A stretch of 64,000 nt of DNA from positions 7,561 through 71,560 of the forward strand of contig CAWFUT010000020.1 in assembly GCA_963819055.1 (NCBI GenBank), given 5' to 3'. The notes under the pieces were generated by a model, which saw only the letters and a list, made by a program, of their open reading frames with translations, had not been told where the DNA came from and made no database searches. This stretch comes from an uncultured Acidobacteriaceae bacterium. GTDB taxonomy: Bacteria; Acidobacteriota; Terriglobia; Terriglobales; Acidobacteriaceae. Of the stretch, positions 8,887-18,265 are shown one piece after another; position 1 is the first letter of the stretch, and each line of letters starts with the position of its first letter. The position numbers and the translations under genes were made by a program.

Positions 8887-9672
8887 CTACGTTCCAACGA
8901 CTACGCCGCCATCCACCGATAGCACGGTGCCGGTAATAAACGAGGCCCCGTCGGACGCCAGCCAGCAATAGGCTTCAGCGATTTCCTCCGGCTTGCCCAG
9001 CCGGCCCAGCGGGGTGTGCGACACCATCGCGTCAAGAATCTTTTCCGGCATCTGCTTCACCATCTCGGTGCCGATGTATCCCGGCGCAACGGCATTGACG
9101 CGGATCTTGTAGCGGCCCAGTTCGCGCGCCCAGGTCTTGGTCATGCCGATCACCGCGGCCTTCGTAGCGATGTAGTTGGTCTGACCGAAATTTCCGTAAA
9201 GACCGACCACCGACGACGCGTTCAGTATTACCCCTCCTCCGCCGGCGATCATGTGCGGTGTAACCGCGCGAGTGCAGACGAACACGCCCTTCAGGTTGAC
9301 GCTGATGACGGCATCGAACTGCTCATCGCTCAGGGTGGAGACGACTGCACCGTCCTTTACCTTCACCAGCAGGCCATCGCGCAGGATCCCGGCGTTGTTC
9401 ACGAGGCCGTAGATACTCTGCCAGCGCGCTAGCACTTCCTCCACGCCGGCCTGTGCCGACGCGGCATCGGTGACGTTAACTTTGCGGAAGAGCGCGTCGG
9501 CGGTGCCGGCGTCTTTCAACTCTTTGACTACGGCCTCGCCGGCACTCTCATTTACATCCCATATCGCGACCCGCGCACCCTCCTGCGCGAAGCGAAGCGC
9601 AGTGGCACGGCCAATCCCTCCCGTGCCTCCGGTGACGATGATGACTTTGTTGCGAAGACCAGAATCTTTCAT
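8887..9672 (-). CDS. Short-chain dehydrogenase/reductase (FabG-like 3-oxoacyl reductase family)
   Basis: GGAGGA precedes the ATG at 9672. The motifs are TGGTGGIGRA (NAD(P) binding), NNAG, and the catalytic YIATKAAV (YxxxK). Confidence 0.85.
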   Translation of the reverse strand: MKDSGLRNKVIIVTGGTGGIGRATALRFAQEGARVAIWDVNESAGEAVVKELKDAGTADALFRKVNVTDAASAQAGVEEVLARWQSIYGLVNNAGILRDGLLVKVKDGAVVSTLSDEQFDAVISVNLKGVFVCTRAVTPHMIAGGGGVILNASSVVGLYGNFGQTNYIATKAAVIGMTKTWARELGRYKIRVNAVAPGYIGTEMVKQMPEKILDAMVSHTPLGRLGKPEEIAEAYCWLASDGASFITGTVLSVDGGVVVGT

Positions 9673-9957
9673 GAATCCTCCGTGCAATGATGGGCAAACA
9701 AACTCTCTTGGGTGTCATCCTGAGAGGACGCGTGCCGATTTTGCGCGCCGGAGTCGAAGGACCCCTATACCCCGCAGGCAGCCGCCCGGCACAGCCTTGG
9801 ACCGGTGATCGACCTAACAGATTAACAGCTTGGGTGAGAGTCCCGCCCTATGCCGAAAGAACGCATAGAACGGGCCATCCCTGTTTACCACCAACCTCAC
9901 ATCTGCTTGTGACGTCGAATCTCTGCTTCGAGGAACCGGCCTCTCTGTTTTATCCTG

Positions 9958-11438
9958 ATGCTTATGCCTGCACTCGTCGAATGTGTTCCTAACTTTTCCG
10001 AAGGGCGCGACAAGGCTCGCGTCGATGCCATCATCGAAGCCATGAAGATGGACGGAGTCTATCTCCTCGACCGCGAGATGGACGCCGATCACAACCGCTG
10101 CGTCATTACCCTGGTCGGCGATCCCGTGAACGTTGCCGAAGCAGCCATCCGTGGCGTCGGCAAGGCTGCCGAGCTGATTGACCTCACGAAGCACACCGGT
10201 GCGCATCCCCGGCTGGGCGCGGCCGACGTGATTCCGTTCATTCCCATCGAAGGCGTCACGCTGGAGGATTGTGCCGCCATCGCGCGCCGTGCGGGCGAAG
10301 AAATCTGGAAGCGTTACAAGATTCCTGTCTATCTCTACGAAGCGGCCGCGCAGAAGCCCGAGCGCCAGAACCTGGAGAATGTTCGCCGCGGCCAGTTCGA
10401 AGGCATTCGCGAGGAGGTGAAGACCAATCCGGCGCGCAAGCCCGACTTCGGCGAGGCGGCGCTACATCCCACGGCAGGTGCAACGATCGTCGGCGCGCGT
10501 AAATTTCTCGTCGCTTACAACGTCTACCTCAACACGCCGGACGTCAACATCGCCAAGAAGATCGGCAAGGCTGTGCGTTTCTCGAACGGCGGACTGCGTT
10601 ACGTGAAGGGCATGGGCGTGCCGGTGCGCGGTTTGGCGCAGGTTTCGATGAACCTGACCGACACCGACCAAACGCCGATCGCGCGCGTTTACGAATACGT
10701 GAAGCGCGAAGCTGCTCGCTACGGCGTGTTGCCGCTGTCGAGCGAAATCGTCGGCCTGATTCCGAAAAAGGCGCTGGAGGATGCGGCTGAGTGGTTCCTG
10801 CAGGTCGAAAATTTCGACTCATCGCTGATTCTGGAGAACCGGTTGGCGGCCGTGATGACCGGCAAGGTTGCTGTCGGCGGAATTCGCGCAGGAGTCGAGC
10901 CGTTCGTCGAGCAGTTGGCGGCGCCGACGGCTGCACCCGGCGGCGGCTCTGCGTCGGCGGCCACGGCGGCGATGGCGGCGGCCCTGGGCAGCATGGTCGC
11001 GGGCATGTCGCGCGGCAAGAAAGCTTACGTCCAGTATGAGCGAGAATTGAGTGATGCTTTGGCGCGTCTGGCTGAATTGCGCGAGCAGTTCAAAGTCGTC
11101 GATCGATGCTGATGCCGAATCATTCAACGAAGTAATGGCGGCCTTCAAGAAAACGAAAGAGCATCCCGAAGCGCAGGCCGAAGTCGAGAGCTGCGACAAA
11201 GAAAGCGACCCTGATTCCGCTGGTCGTGGCTGAGCGGGCGCGGGAGACGCGCCATATCATCGAATCGCTGCGTCCGATGACGAATCCGAAGATGGCTTCG
11301 GATCTGACCGTAGGAGTGGCATTGGCAAATGCGGCCATCGCAGGCGCGCTGGCGAATGTTGATATCAACCTCGGAGACATTAAAGACGAGGCGTTTCTCG
11401 CGGATGGGAAGCAGAGGGTGGCGGCGGTGAGGGCGTAG
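9958..11438 (+). pseudogene. ftcD: Glutamate formimidoyltransferase / formimidoyl-THF cyclodeaminase, with the cyclodeaminase domain broken by two +1 frame disruptions
   Basis: The N-terminus is PALVECVPNFSEGRD (formiminotransferase). The cyclodeaminase motif PGGGSASAATAAMAAALGSMVAGMS is present. The frame then ends at 11112. The homologous sequence continues in frame +1 (IDADAESFNEVMAAFKK..) and again in the next frame (AATKKATLIPLVVAERARETRHIIESL..NVDINLGDIKDEAF) up to the stop at 11436-11438. Confidence 0.7.
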
Positions 11439-11667
11439 TGGCCAAGAATCGCTGGTGCCCCACGTTCGCCCATCTGTTGGGTTAACGTGGGTTAGAGCAT
11501 CCCCCAGGTTAACATCCAATACCGGGACTGAACCTGGGGCACCGCCGACAGACCACCCCGTTGATGTTCCGATGCTTCACCCGTCTAACGACCTGCCGGG
11601 CCCACTCCGCTGGGCAACAGCATTGAATCCATCAGCATCTCTGTTTGGAAGAGTCGAGTAAAATAGT

Positions 11668-12609
11668 ATGCCTATGAAGCAGTTGGTCATTTCTTTGTTC
11701 CTCGCCGGCGCCGTGAGCCTGCCGGCCTCCGCCGCGTCGTTAAGTAGCAATGCTCAAACGGTCATCCCCTCTGCCGTGCAGCAGATCATCTCCGTCGACT
11801 ATCGCGATCTGCGCGATTCGCAGACGGCGCAGGCACTACGGGATCGCGTGATGCCCGACAACGTCAAGCAATTCGAGACGGCGCTTAAAGGCGCGGGCAT
11901 CGACCCCAACAAGGATGTCGAGCAGCTCACGTTCGTGAGCTACCGCGCCGACAAAGGTATGTTGCGCAGCGTGGGTATTGCGCAGGGTCCGCTCAAGCAG
12001 CGAGAATTTCTGATCAAGATGAAGGTCAAGAAGATCAAGCCGCAGAAGTATCTTCTCTCCGACATCTATCCCATGGGCAACGGCATGCAGATGGTCTTCC
12101 TCGATCCCACGACCATTCTTTTCGGTGAGAACGCGGCCATCAAGGGTGCCATCGATGTGCGCGACAACGGCGCCGAGTCGGTGCAGACCAACAGCGTGAT
12201 CGACGACCTGATGACCAGCGTGCAGAACGCTTCCATCTGGAGCGTGCTCGATCAGCAGGGAACGCAGAACATGATGCGCTCGGCACTGGGTGAGGCCGGA
12301 TCGCTGACCGACTACGACACCATCAAGCGCCGCCTCCTGGCTTCCGACTACACCATGAACTTCAACAACGGTGTCACCTTCGATCTGAATATCAAAACCT
12401 CAGATGTGGTGACCGCTGCTACCATCTCCGGGCTGATGAAGGCGGGTGTGCTCTATCGCAAGATGAGTGGAACACCGAGCGAGAAGATGGCTCTGGAAGG
12501 CACCACGGTCGACAGCTCGAACGACGTGGTGCAGATGCACTTCAAGTCCAACGACCAGCAATTCCAGGCGCTGTTAAAGTCAGACCTGTTTGCGGCGGTG
12601 TCCAAATAG
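11668..12609 (+). CDS. Secreted protein of unknown function
   Basis: The signal peptide is MPMKQLVISLFLAGAVSLPASAAS. It is a long clean ORF with normal composition. I recognise no motif. Confidence 0.5.
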   Translation: MPMKQLVISLFLAGAVSLPASAASLSSNAQTVIPSAVQQIISVDYRDLRDSQTAQALRDRVMPDNVKQFETALKGAGIDPNKDVEQLTFVSYRADKGMLRSVGIAQGPLKQREFLIKMKVKKIKPQKYLLSDIYPMGNGMQMVFLDPTTILFGENAAIKGAIDVRDNGAESVQTNSVIDDLMTSVQNASIWSVLDQQGTQNMMRSALGEAGSLTDYDTIKRRLLASDYTMNFNNGVTFDLNIKTSDVVTAATISGLMKAGVLYRKMSGTPSEKMALEGTTVDSSNDVVQMHFKSNDQQFQALLKSDLFAAVSK

Positions 12610-12696
12610 CTGATTCGCTGCCTGGAAATAGTGACGGCGCAGTTTGCGGGCTGCGCCATTCTCTTTGGGCTGCCAGATAAACAATCCCACTTTCGC

Positions 12697-14337
12697 CTAC
12701 AGCTTGTTCTCGGCCATCACGGTCTTGGCACGACCCAGGGCCGGACGGTCGGAATACTTTCCGTCGTCGCAATTCTTCAGCAACTGAGCGTAGTAGGCGT
12801 CGGCCTTCTTCTGTTGATGTGTCAACTCGGCGGCGCGCGCTGCCCCTGCGAGTTCGTTGAAGCGATTGGGATCGGTCTTCATCGCCTTCTCGTATTCCAC
12901 CAGCGCCGCTTCCGGCTGATTCGATTCCAGCAGCATGTCGGCCAGCATCTCGCGGGCGGGAATGGCGACCTCGGCCTTGCCGACTTTGTCCTGCGCTTCT
13001 GCGACCGCGCGCATCTGCTTCACGGCGTCGTCATTCTTCTTCTCCGCGAAGGCGAGCCACGCCTGCACTTCATCGCGTTCGAGGTTAGGGCCATCGAGCA
13101 TATAAGCGTATTTTGACTTGCGAACTGCATCCTGCGCATCGTCAAACTTCTTGGCGGCCGCGCGCGCCGCATCCACATTGCCGGCACGAGCTGCAGCGAC
13201 GGTTTGGGCCCAGTAGGTGATGGTCTGCATGTGCGGGGGAGCGTCAGCCGCCGGCTGTAGCGCCATGGCCTCCGCCCAGTGATGCATCTCGAGATCGTAT
13301 AACGCCGGGAAGTCTGCCTGGGCGTAGCCGTAGTAGCGCATCATGCCGCTTTCGTCGTCGCTCTTGGGAGCCGCCGCCACGATTTGCAATGCCTGATCCA
13401 CGATCTGCTTGGCTTTGCCATCCTGGCCGGTTTGCAGATACGCATAGAGCAGGAAGTGCATGGCGTGCAGTTCGTGCCCGGCCATATACATTGCGCTGGA
13501 TTTTTGTGTGAGTGCAACTGACTTCAGGTTGGCCTGAATGTCTTCCTGCCACAGTCCCAACCGCGCGAAGATATGCGACGGCATGTGAACTGCGTGCGCG
13601 GAGGACGAGGCGATGCCTGCATAGGTGCGCGCGGCCGGCAGTCCCGTCTCGGCCATCTGTGGATTGTCGCAGGAATGAATGATGTAGTGCGCGAGACCAG
13701 GATGGTCCGGGTCCTGCTGGAAGAGCGGCAACAAAATGGCGACGGCCATCTTCTGATTCGCCAGCGACGTGTCGTCCGGAGGCTCCGACGCCAGCAGCGA
13801 CAGCGCGTAGAACGCGCCCGCTTCCATGTCCGTCGGATACTTCTGATATAGCTTGCCCATCGCATCTGAGTAGGCGGTGACGCGCTTCATGTAACCCGTC
13901 GAAGTCGGATTGTCGTAAAAGATCGCAAGCGCCGCGATGTAGCCGTTCTCGCGGTCGGTCTTCGCGCCCAGCTTTTGCGCTGTCAGCATCTGCTCGTGGC
14001 CCCGCTTCAGCACCGGCTCTTGCGGGCGATCCCACAACTGGTGGAAGTAGCTGAGCGCGATTCCCCAATGTGCCATTGCGCACGAAGGATCAGCCTTGGC
14101 GATCTCGGAGAACTGCGCTTCCGCATCCTCATATTGGAACGAATGCATCAACGCGACGCCGCGATTAAAGGCCTGTTGCGACGCCGGCGCACACGAGATC
14201 GGGAACGAGACTTTCCCCAGCTGCTCGCCGGCATCGTGATGATGCATGTGCATCTCGTCCTCGTCCTGAGCGAGCGCGGGAACAGCACAGAGCAGAGAGA
14301 GACAAAGCAGAGCGGACAGCAGCGATTTTGCGAACAT
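12697..14337 (-). CDS. Secreted TPR-like helical-repeat protein
   Basis: The signal peptide is MFAKSLLSALLCLSLLCAVPALA, followed by a His-rich stretch HMHHHD. The rest is a repetitive helical A/L/Y-rich sequence typical of TPR proteins. Confidence 0.55.
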   Translation of the reverse strand: MFAKSLLSALLCLSLLCAVPALAQDEDEMHMHHHDAGEQLGKVSFPISCAPASQQAFNRGVALMHSFQYEDAEAQFSEIAKADPSCAMAHWGIALSYFHQLWDRPQEPVLKRGHEQMLTAQKLGAKTDRENGYIAALAIFYDNPTSTGYMKRVTAYSDAMGKLYQKYPTDMEAGAFYALSLLASEPPDDTSLANQKMAVAILLPLFQQDPDHPGLAHYIIHSCDNPQMAETGLPAARTYAGIASSSAHAVHMPSHIFARLGLWQEDIQANLKSVALTQKSSAMYMAGHELHAMHFLLYAYLQTGQDGKAKQIVDQALQIVAAAPKSDDESGMMRYYGYAQADFPALYDLEMHHWAEAMALQPAADAPPHMQTITYWAQTVAAARAGNVDAARAAAKKFDDAQDAVRKSKYAYMLDGPNLERDEVQAWLAFAEKKNDDAVKQMRAVAEAQDKVGKAEVAIPAREMLADMLLESNQPEAALVEYEKAMKTDPNRFNELAGAARAAELTHQQKKADAYYAQLLKNCDDGKYSDRPALGRAKTVMAENKL

Positions 14338-14476
14338 GATCTTTCACTCCACGTGGCGGCACTACTTTACCCCGAATCCCGCCAATCGCACCAGCCCGGA
14401 CGAGCCGCCGGCTCCGCCACAACTCGGACGGAACATCCGGCAGTCATCCTGCGTACCTGTCGGGGAGAGACTTGCC

Positions 14477-17032
14477 ATGCAAACCCTGCGACAAGATATC
14501 GCTTACGCGCTCCGCCAGATGCGGCAGTCGCCTGTCTTCACCTTGACTGCCATGCTGACTCTGGCGCTAGGCATCGGGGCCACCACCGCAATCTTTTCGC
14601 TGATCCACACGGTCATGCTGAAGTCGCTGCCGGTGGTCGATCCGGCCACGCTCTACCGTATTGGTGATGGCCCGGATTGCTGCGTCGAAGGCTCGATGCA
14701 GGAAAACTGGGGGATGTACTCATTCCCGTTCTACCAACGCATGAAGGAGAACGCGCCGGAGTTCAGCGAGCTTGCTGCATTCCAGGCCGGCGGCTGGCAA
14801 TTCAGCGTGCGTCGCGGCGAGAGTGATCGCGAGTCCAAGCCGTTGCGGGGCGAGTTCATCAGCGGCAATTATTTCGATGTCTTCGGACTACCCGCGTTCA
14901 TGGGCCGCACCATCACGCCCGCGGACGATCAGCCCTCGGCACCGCCGGTGGCCATGCTCAGCTACCGCGCCTGGCAGCAGCAGTACGGCTCCGATCCAAG
15001 CGTGATCGGCTCGAATTTTATCTTCGATGGCCACCCCGTCACCATCGTTGGCATTTCTCCGCCCGGCTTCTTCGGCGAGACCTTGCGCAGCGATCCGCCT
15101 GAAATTTGGGTGCCGTTGCAGCAGGAACCATTGTTCCGCGGACAAAGCTCGCTGTTGCATCGTTTCCCGGCGTGGCTGCGCGTAATCGGCCGGGCGCGCC
15201 CTGGAGCCTCCGTTGCGGCCGTCCCCCAGCGGATGACCAGCCTGCTGCGCAATTGGCTGGTGACCGATAGCGGCATGCCGGCCGAATGGCTGAATGGCAT
15301 CAAGGCCGGTTTGCCCAAGCAGAACATTCACGTCGTCCCCGCCGGAACCGGGGTGACCGTGATGAAGGAGAACTACGGCGCCAGCCTGCATATCCTGCTC
15401 GCCGTCTGCTGCCTGGTGTTGCTGATCGCGTGCGCCAACATCGCCAACCTGCTGCTGGCACGCGCCGCCTCGCGCCGCGCGCAGACCTCGATTCGTCTCG
15501 CGCTGGGCGCTTCGCGCCGCCGGCTCATCCGGCAGGCGCTTACCGAGAGCGTGGTTCTGGCGGTGCTTGGCGGCCTCGCCGGACTCGGCGTCGCTTACGC
15601 CGGTGTGCGGGCGATTGTCGCCATCGCCTTCAGCGGCGCGAAATTTGTGCCCATCGACGCTACGCCGTCGCTTCCCGTGCTGGGATTTGCCTTCCTGCTT
15701 TCTCTGGTCACCGGAATGATCTTCGGAACCGCTCCGGCGTGGCTGACTTCGCATGCCGATCCGGCTGACGCGTTGCGTGGCGCCAACCGCAGCACGCGCG
15801 ACACGTCCTCACTGTCGCAAAAAATCTTGGTGATCGTACAGGCAACGCTATCGGTGGTTCTGATCGCCGGCGCCGGCCTGCTTACCCGCAGTCTGCAAAA
15901 CCTGCAGCACCAGAATCTCGGCTACGAAACCGATCATCGGGTGACGATAAGCCTTACCGGCCCGTACTCCAGCTACTCGCAGCCGAAGCTCGATTCCATG
16001 TACATCGAGCTGCAGGACCGGCTGGCACACATCCCCGGCGTACAGCGCGCAGCGCTGGCTCTCTACACGCCGCTGCAGGACAACTGGGGAGAGATCCCCA
16101 TTCGTGAAGGTCACGGCATGCCGAACATGAATGACAAGATCGGCTCTTCCTGGGACCACGTGACGCCCGGCTACCTCGAGGCGCTGGGCCAGCAGATTGT
16201 GCGCGGCCGCGGCCTCACGGAGCAGGACACTGCCTCGACCCGGCCTGTGGCTGTCGTCGACGAGAGTTTCGTGAAGCGCTTCTACAAGCCCGGCGAAGAT
16301 CCCATTGGAACGCGCTTCGGCCTGGACCTGCCAAAGTACGGTGGCACCTACGAGATCGTCGGAATCGTACGCAATGCGAAATACTCCGATGCGGCGAATA
16401 CGGAAGAGCCGCGCCCCATCTTCTTCGTACCGCTGGCGCAGCGTATCAAGTACGACGACGCGCTGCTGCAGATGGTGGAAGACACTACGCATTACATCGA
16501 AGGCGCTGTTCTTGAAATGCAGGGCAGCACCGAGGGACTGGAGCCGCAGGTTCGGCACATACTCAGCGACATCGATCCCAATCTCACGCTCCTGAAAGTG
16601 CAGACTCTGCAGGAACAAGTCGACGCCGAGTTCGATCAGCAGCGCGCCGTTGCCCAGATGACCGGCATGTTCGGCATCCTCGCGCTCATCCTGGCAGCCG
16701 TAGGACTGTACGGCGTCACCGCCTATTCGGTCGAGCGCCGCACCAGCGAGATCGGGGTGCGCATGGCGCTGGGCGCGAACCGCGGCCGGGTCGTGAGCCT
16801 GGTACTACGCGGAGCGTTCCTGCAAATCCTGATCGGCCTGCTGATCGGTATTCCCATCTCGATTGGCTGCGCCCGCCTCATCGCCGCCCAGCTCTACCAT
16901 GTAAAAGGATGGGACCCGCTGGTGCTCATCGGATCGATCCTGGCTCTCGGTTTCTGTGCGCTGATTGCCAGCATCATTCCCGCGCGCCGCGCCGCCTCCA
17001 TCAATCCGGTGACCGCGTTGCGAACGGAGTAG
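14477..17032 (+). CDS. ADOP-type duplicated MacB/FtsX-family ABC transporter permease
   Basis: The start was moved to the ATG at 14477 (gggagaga lies upstream). The N-terminus MQTLRQDIAYALRQMRQSPVFTLTAMLTLALGIGATTAIFS is the signature start of acidobacterial duplicated orphan permeases. The protein has two MacB-periplasmic plus FtsX halves. Confidence 0.85.
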   Translation: MQTLRQDIAYALRQMRQSPVFTLTAMLTLALGIGATTAIFSLIHTVMLKSLPVVDPATLYRIGDGPDCCVEGSMQENWGMYSFPFYQRMKENAPEFSELAAFQAGGWQFSVRRGESDRESKPLRGEFISGNYFDVFGLPAFMGRTITPADDQPSAPPVAMLSYRAWQQQYGSDPSVIGSNFIFDGHPVTIVGISPPGFFGETLRSDPPEIWVPLQQEPLFRGQSSLLHRFPAWLRVIGRARPGASVAAVPQRMTSLLRNWLVTDSGMPAEWLNGIKAGLPKQNIHVVPAGTGVTVMKENYGASLHILLAVCCLVLLIACANIANLLLARAASRRAQTSIRLALGASRRRLIRQALTESVVLAVLGGLAGLGVAYAGVRAIVAIAFSGAKFVPIDATPSLPVLGFAFLLSLVTGMIFGTAPAWLTSHADPADALRGANRSTRDTSSLSQKILVIVQATLSVVLIAGAGLLTRSLQNLQHQNLGYETDHRVTISLTGPYSSYSQPKLDSMYIELQDRLAHIPGVQRAALALYTPLQDNWGEIPIREGHGMPNMNDKIGSSWDHVTPGYLEALGQQIVRGRGLTEQDTASTRPVAVVDESFVKRFYKPGEDPIGTRFGLDLPKYGGTYEIVGIVRNAKYSDAANTEEPRPIFFVPLAQRIKYDDALLQMVEDTTHYIEGAVLEMQGSTEGLEPQVRHILSDIDPNLTLLKVQTLQEQVDAEFDQQRAVAQMTGMFGILALILAAVGLYGVTAYSVERRTSEIGVRMALGANRGRVVSLVLRGAFLQILIGLLIGIPISIGCARLIAAQLYHVKGWDPLVLIGSILALGFCALIASIIPARRAASINPVTALRTE

Positions 17033-17113
17033 CGCGCTTCGGCCATCGCGCGTAATCGCGCAACGGACCTTTTCGGCCATCGCTGCTCCCCTTGCGGTGG
17101 CCCGTCGTGCCTA

Positions 17114-17142
17114 TTGCAATTGCAGCATCGGACAGGCATAAT
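17114..17142 (+). promoter_or_regulatory. Candidate sigma70-type promoter upstream of the STAS gene
   Basis: TTGCAA-N17-CATAAT, about 215 nt upstream of the ATG at 17358. This is sequence pattern only. Confidence 0.3.
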
Positions 17143-17357
17143 CGGCGGACATTTCGCGCCACAACATCGGCCGCGCAGTCGATAAAAGTTGAGTTGTACG
17201 ATACGCGGATCTCTCTGCCGCCTTGCGGCAGTGGGCCTTTTGCATCCGCCTGCCCTCATCACCAGTCGTCGCAGGCGTCTTTAGTCCACCCGCGAATCGG
17301 CAGGCCGCGCCGCTGTCTGATCGCGGGACGATACTTTGCATAACATTCGGAGGCTTC

Positions 17358-18074
17358 ATGTCGTTCAGCATGGAGTGGCGTCCCGTTGGGGACGTTCTAG
17401 TCGTGCAGTGTAAGGGACGCATCGTCGCCGGCAAAGAGGTCCTGTCGCTGCATCACTTCGTCGGCGATTCACTCACCAAATATGGCGACATCGTGCTCGA
17501 ATTCGATCAGGTCGAATTCGTCGACAGCAGCGGACTGGGCGCTATGGTGCGCCTGGTGCAAGCCGCGCGCGCCAAGGGGAAAGACGTCAAGCTCAGCGGC
17601 CTTCAACCCTACATCCACAAAACGCTGAAGATGACGAATCTGCTCTCGCAGTTCGAGGTCTACGGTTCAGTGGAGGAAGCCATCACCGCCGCTTACCTGG
17701 GCCCGCGCTACTGCCGCGGCGCCGAGGGAGACACGCGTCCGCTCATTCTCTGCATCTACGATTCCTTCGACATGTGTACCTTCCTGCGCGAGCTGCTGTG
17801 CAGCACCGGATACAACGCGCTGACTGCCGGCAATGTCAGCGATGGACGCGTGCTGCTGAAGGCGACGAAGGCCAAGCTGGTGGTCATCTCCTCGCACCTG
17901 CAGATGTGTCACGGCCAGCCGACGAAGCGGCTGCTGGAGGAGATCGATCCCACCATATCTATTCTCATTCTGGAGGAAGGTTTCGGCAGCGGCGATCCAG
18001 GCGAGTCCGCCGAAAAACTGCTGAACGCTATCGGTGAGTGGTGCGGGAAACATGCCTCGGCGGGGATTGGATAA
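17358..18074 (+). CDS. STAS-domain anti-sigma-factor antagonist fused to a degenerate receiver-like domain
   Basis: cGGAGG precedes the ATG at 17358. The STAS part reads VEFVDSSGLGAMVRLVQAARAKGKDVKLSGLQPYIHKTLKMTNLLSQFEVY. The C-terminal half is REC-like (LILCIYDSFD..GYNALTAGNVSDG..KLVVISSHLQM), but the phospho-acceptor Asp position is Ser. Confidence 0.7.
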   Translation: MSFSMEWRPVGDVLVVQCKGRIVAGKEVLSLHHFVGDSLTKYGDIVLEFDQVEFVDSSGLGAMVRLVQAARAKGKDVKLSGLQPYIHKTLKMTNLLSQFEVYGSVEEAITAAYLGPRYCRGAEGDTRPLILCIYDSFDMCTFLRELLCSTGYNALTAGNVSDGRVLLKATKAKLVVISSHLQMCHGQPTKRLLEEIDPTISILILEEGFGSGDPGESAEKLLNAIGEWCGKHASAGIG

Positions 18075-18116
18075 AACAGTGGTTCACCGTCTCCCACCCT
18101 AGCCCAACGGCACTGC

Positions 18117-18250
18117 TAGGATGGGGCACCCGCGATTGTTTTTTCAGCTTTGAAGGGGCGCAGCTTCAGCTGCGCCGTAACCGATGTCTTAATTGAGTTG
18201 TCATCACGAGGAGGGCTTCAGCCCGACCAGGGATCTGATGTTCGTCACGA
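18117..18250. repeat. Composite cluster of three intergenic hairpin-repeat families
   Basis: The cluster contains ggatggggcacccg, gaaggggcgcagcttcagctgcgccgtaac and ttgtcatcacgaggagggcttcagcccgaccagggatc. Related copies occur at 4447-4472, 9711-9775, 28520-28600, 48373-48420, 58838-58866 and 61579-61778. Confidence 0.6.
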
Positions 18251-18265
18251 GCCGAAAATTCCCAC

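Noticed and set aside
11090-11200. Programmed ribosomal frameshifting in ftcD.
   Set aside because: There is no slippery heptamer (X XXY YYZ) or poly-A/T run at either junction. There are two separate shifts only ~90 nt apart. Simple indels, whether mutation or sequencing error, are more parsimonious.
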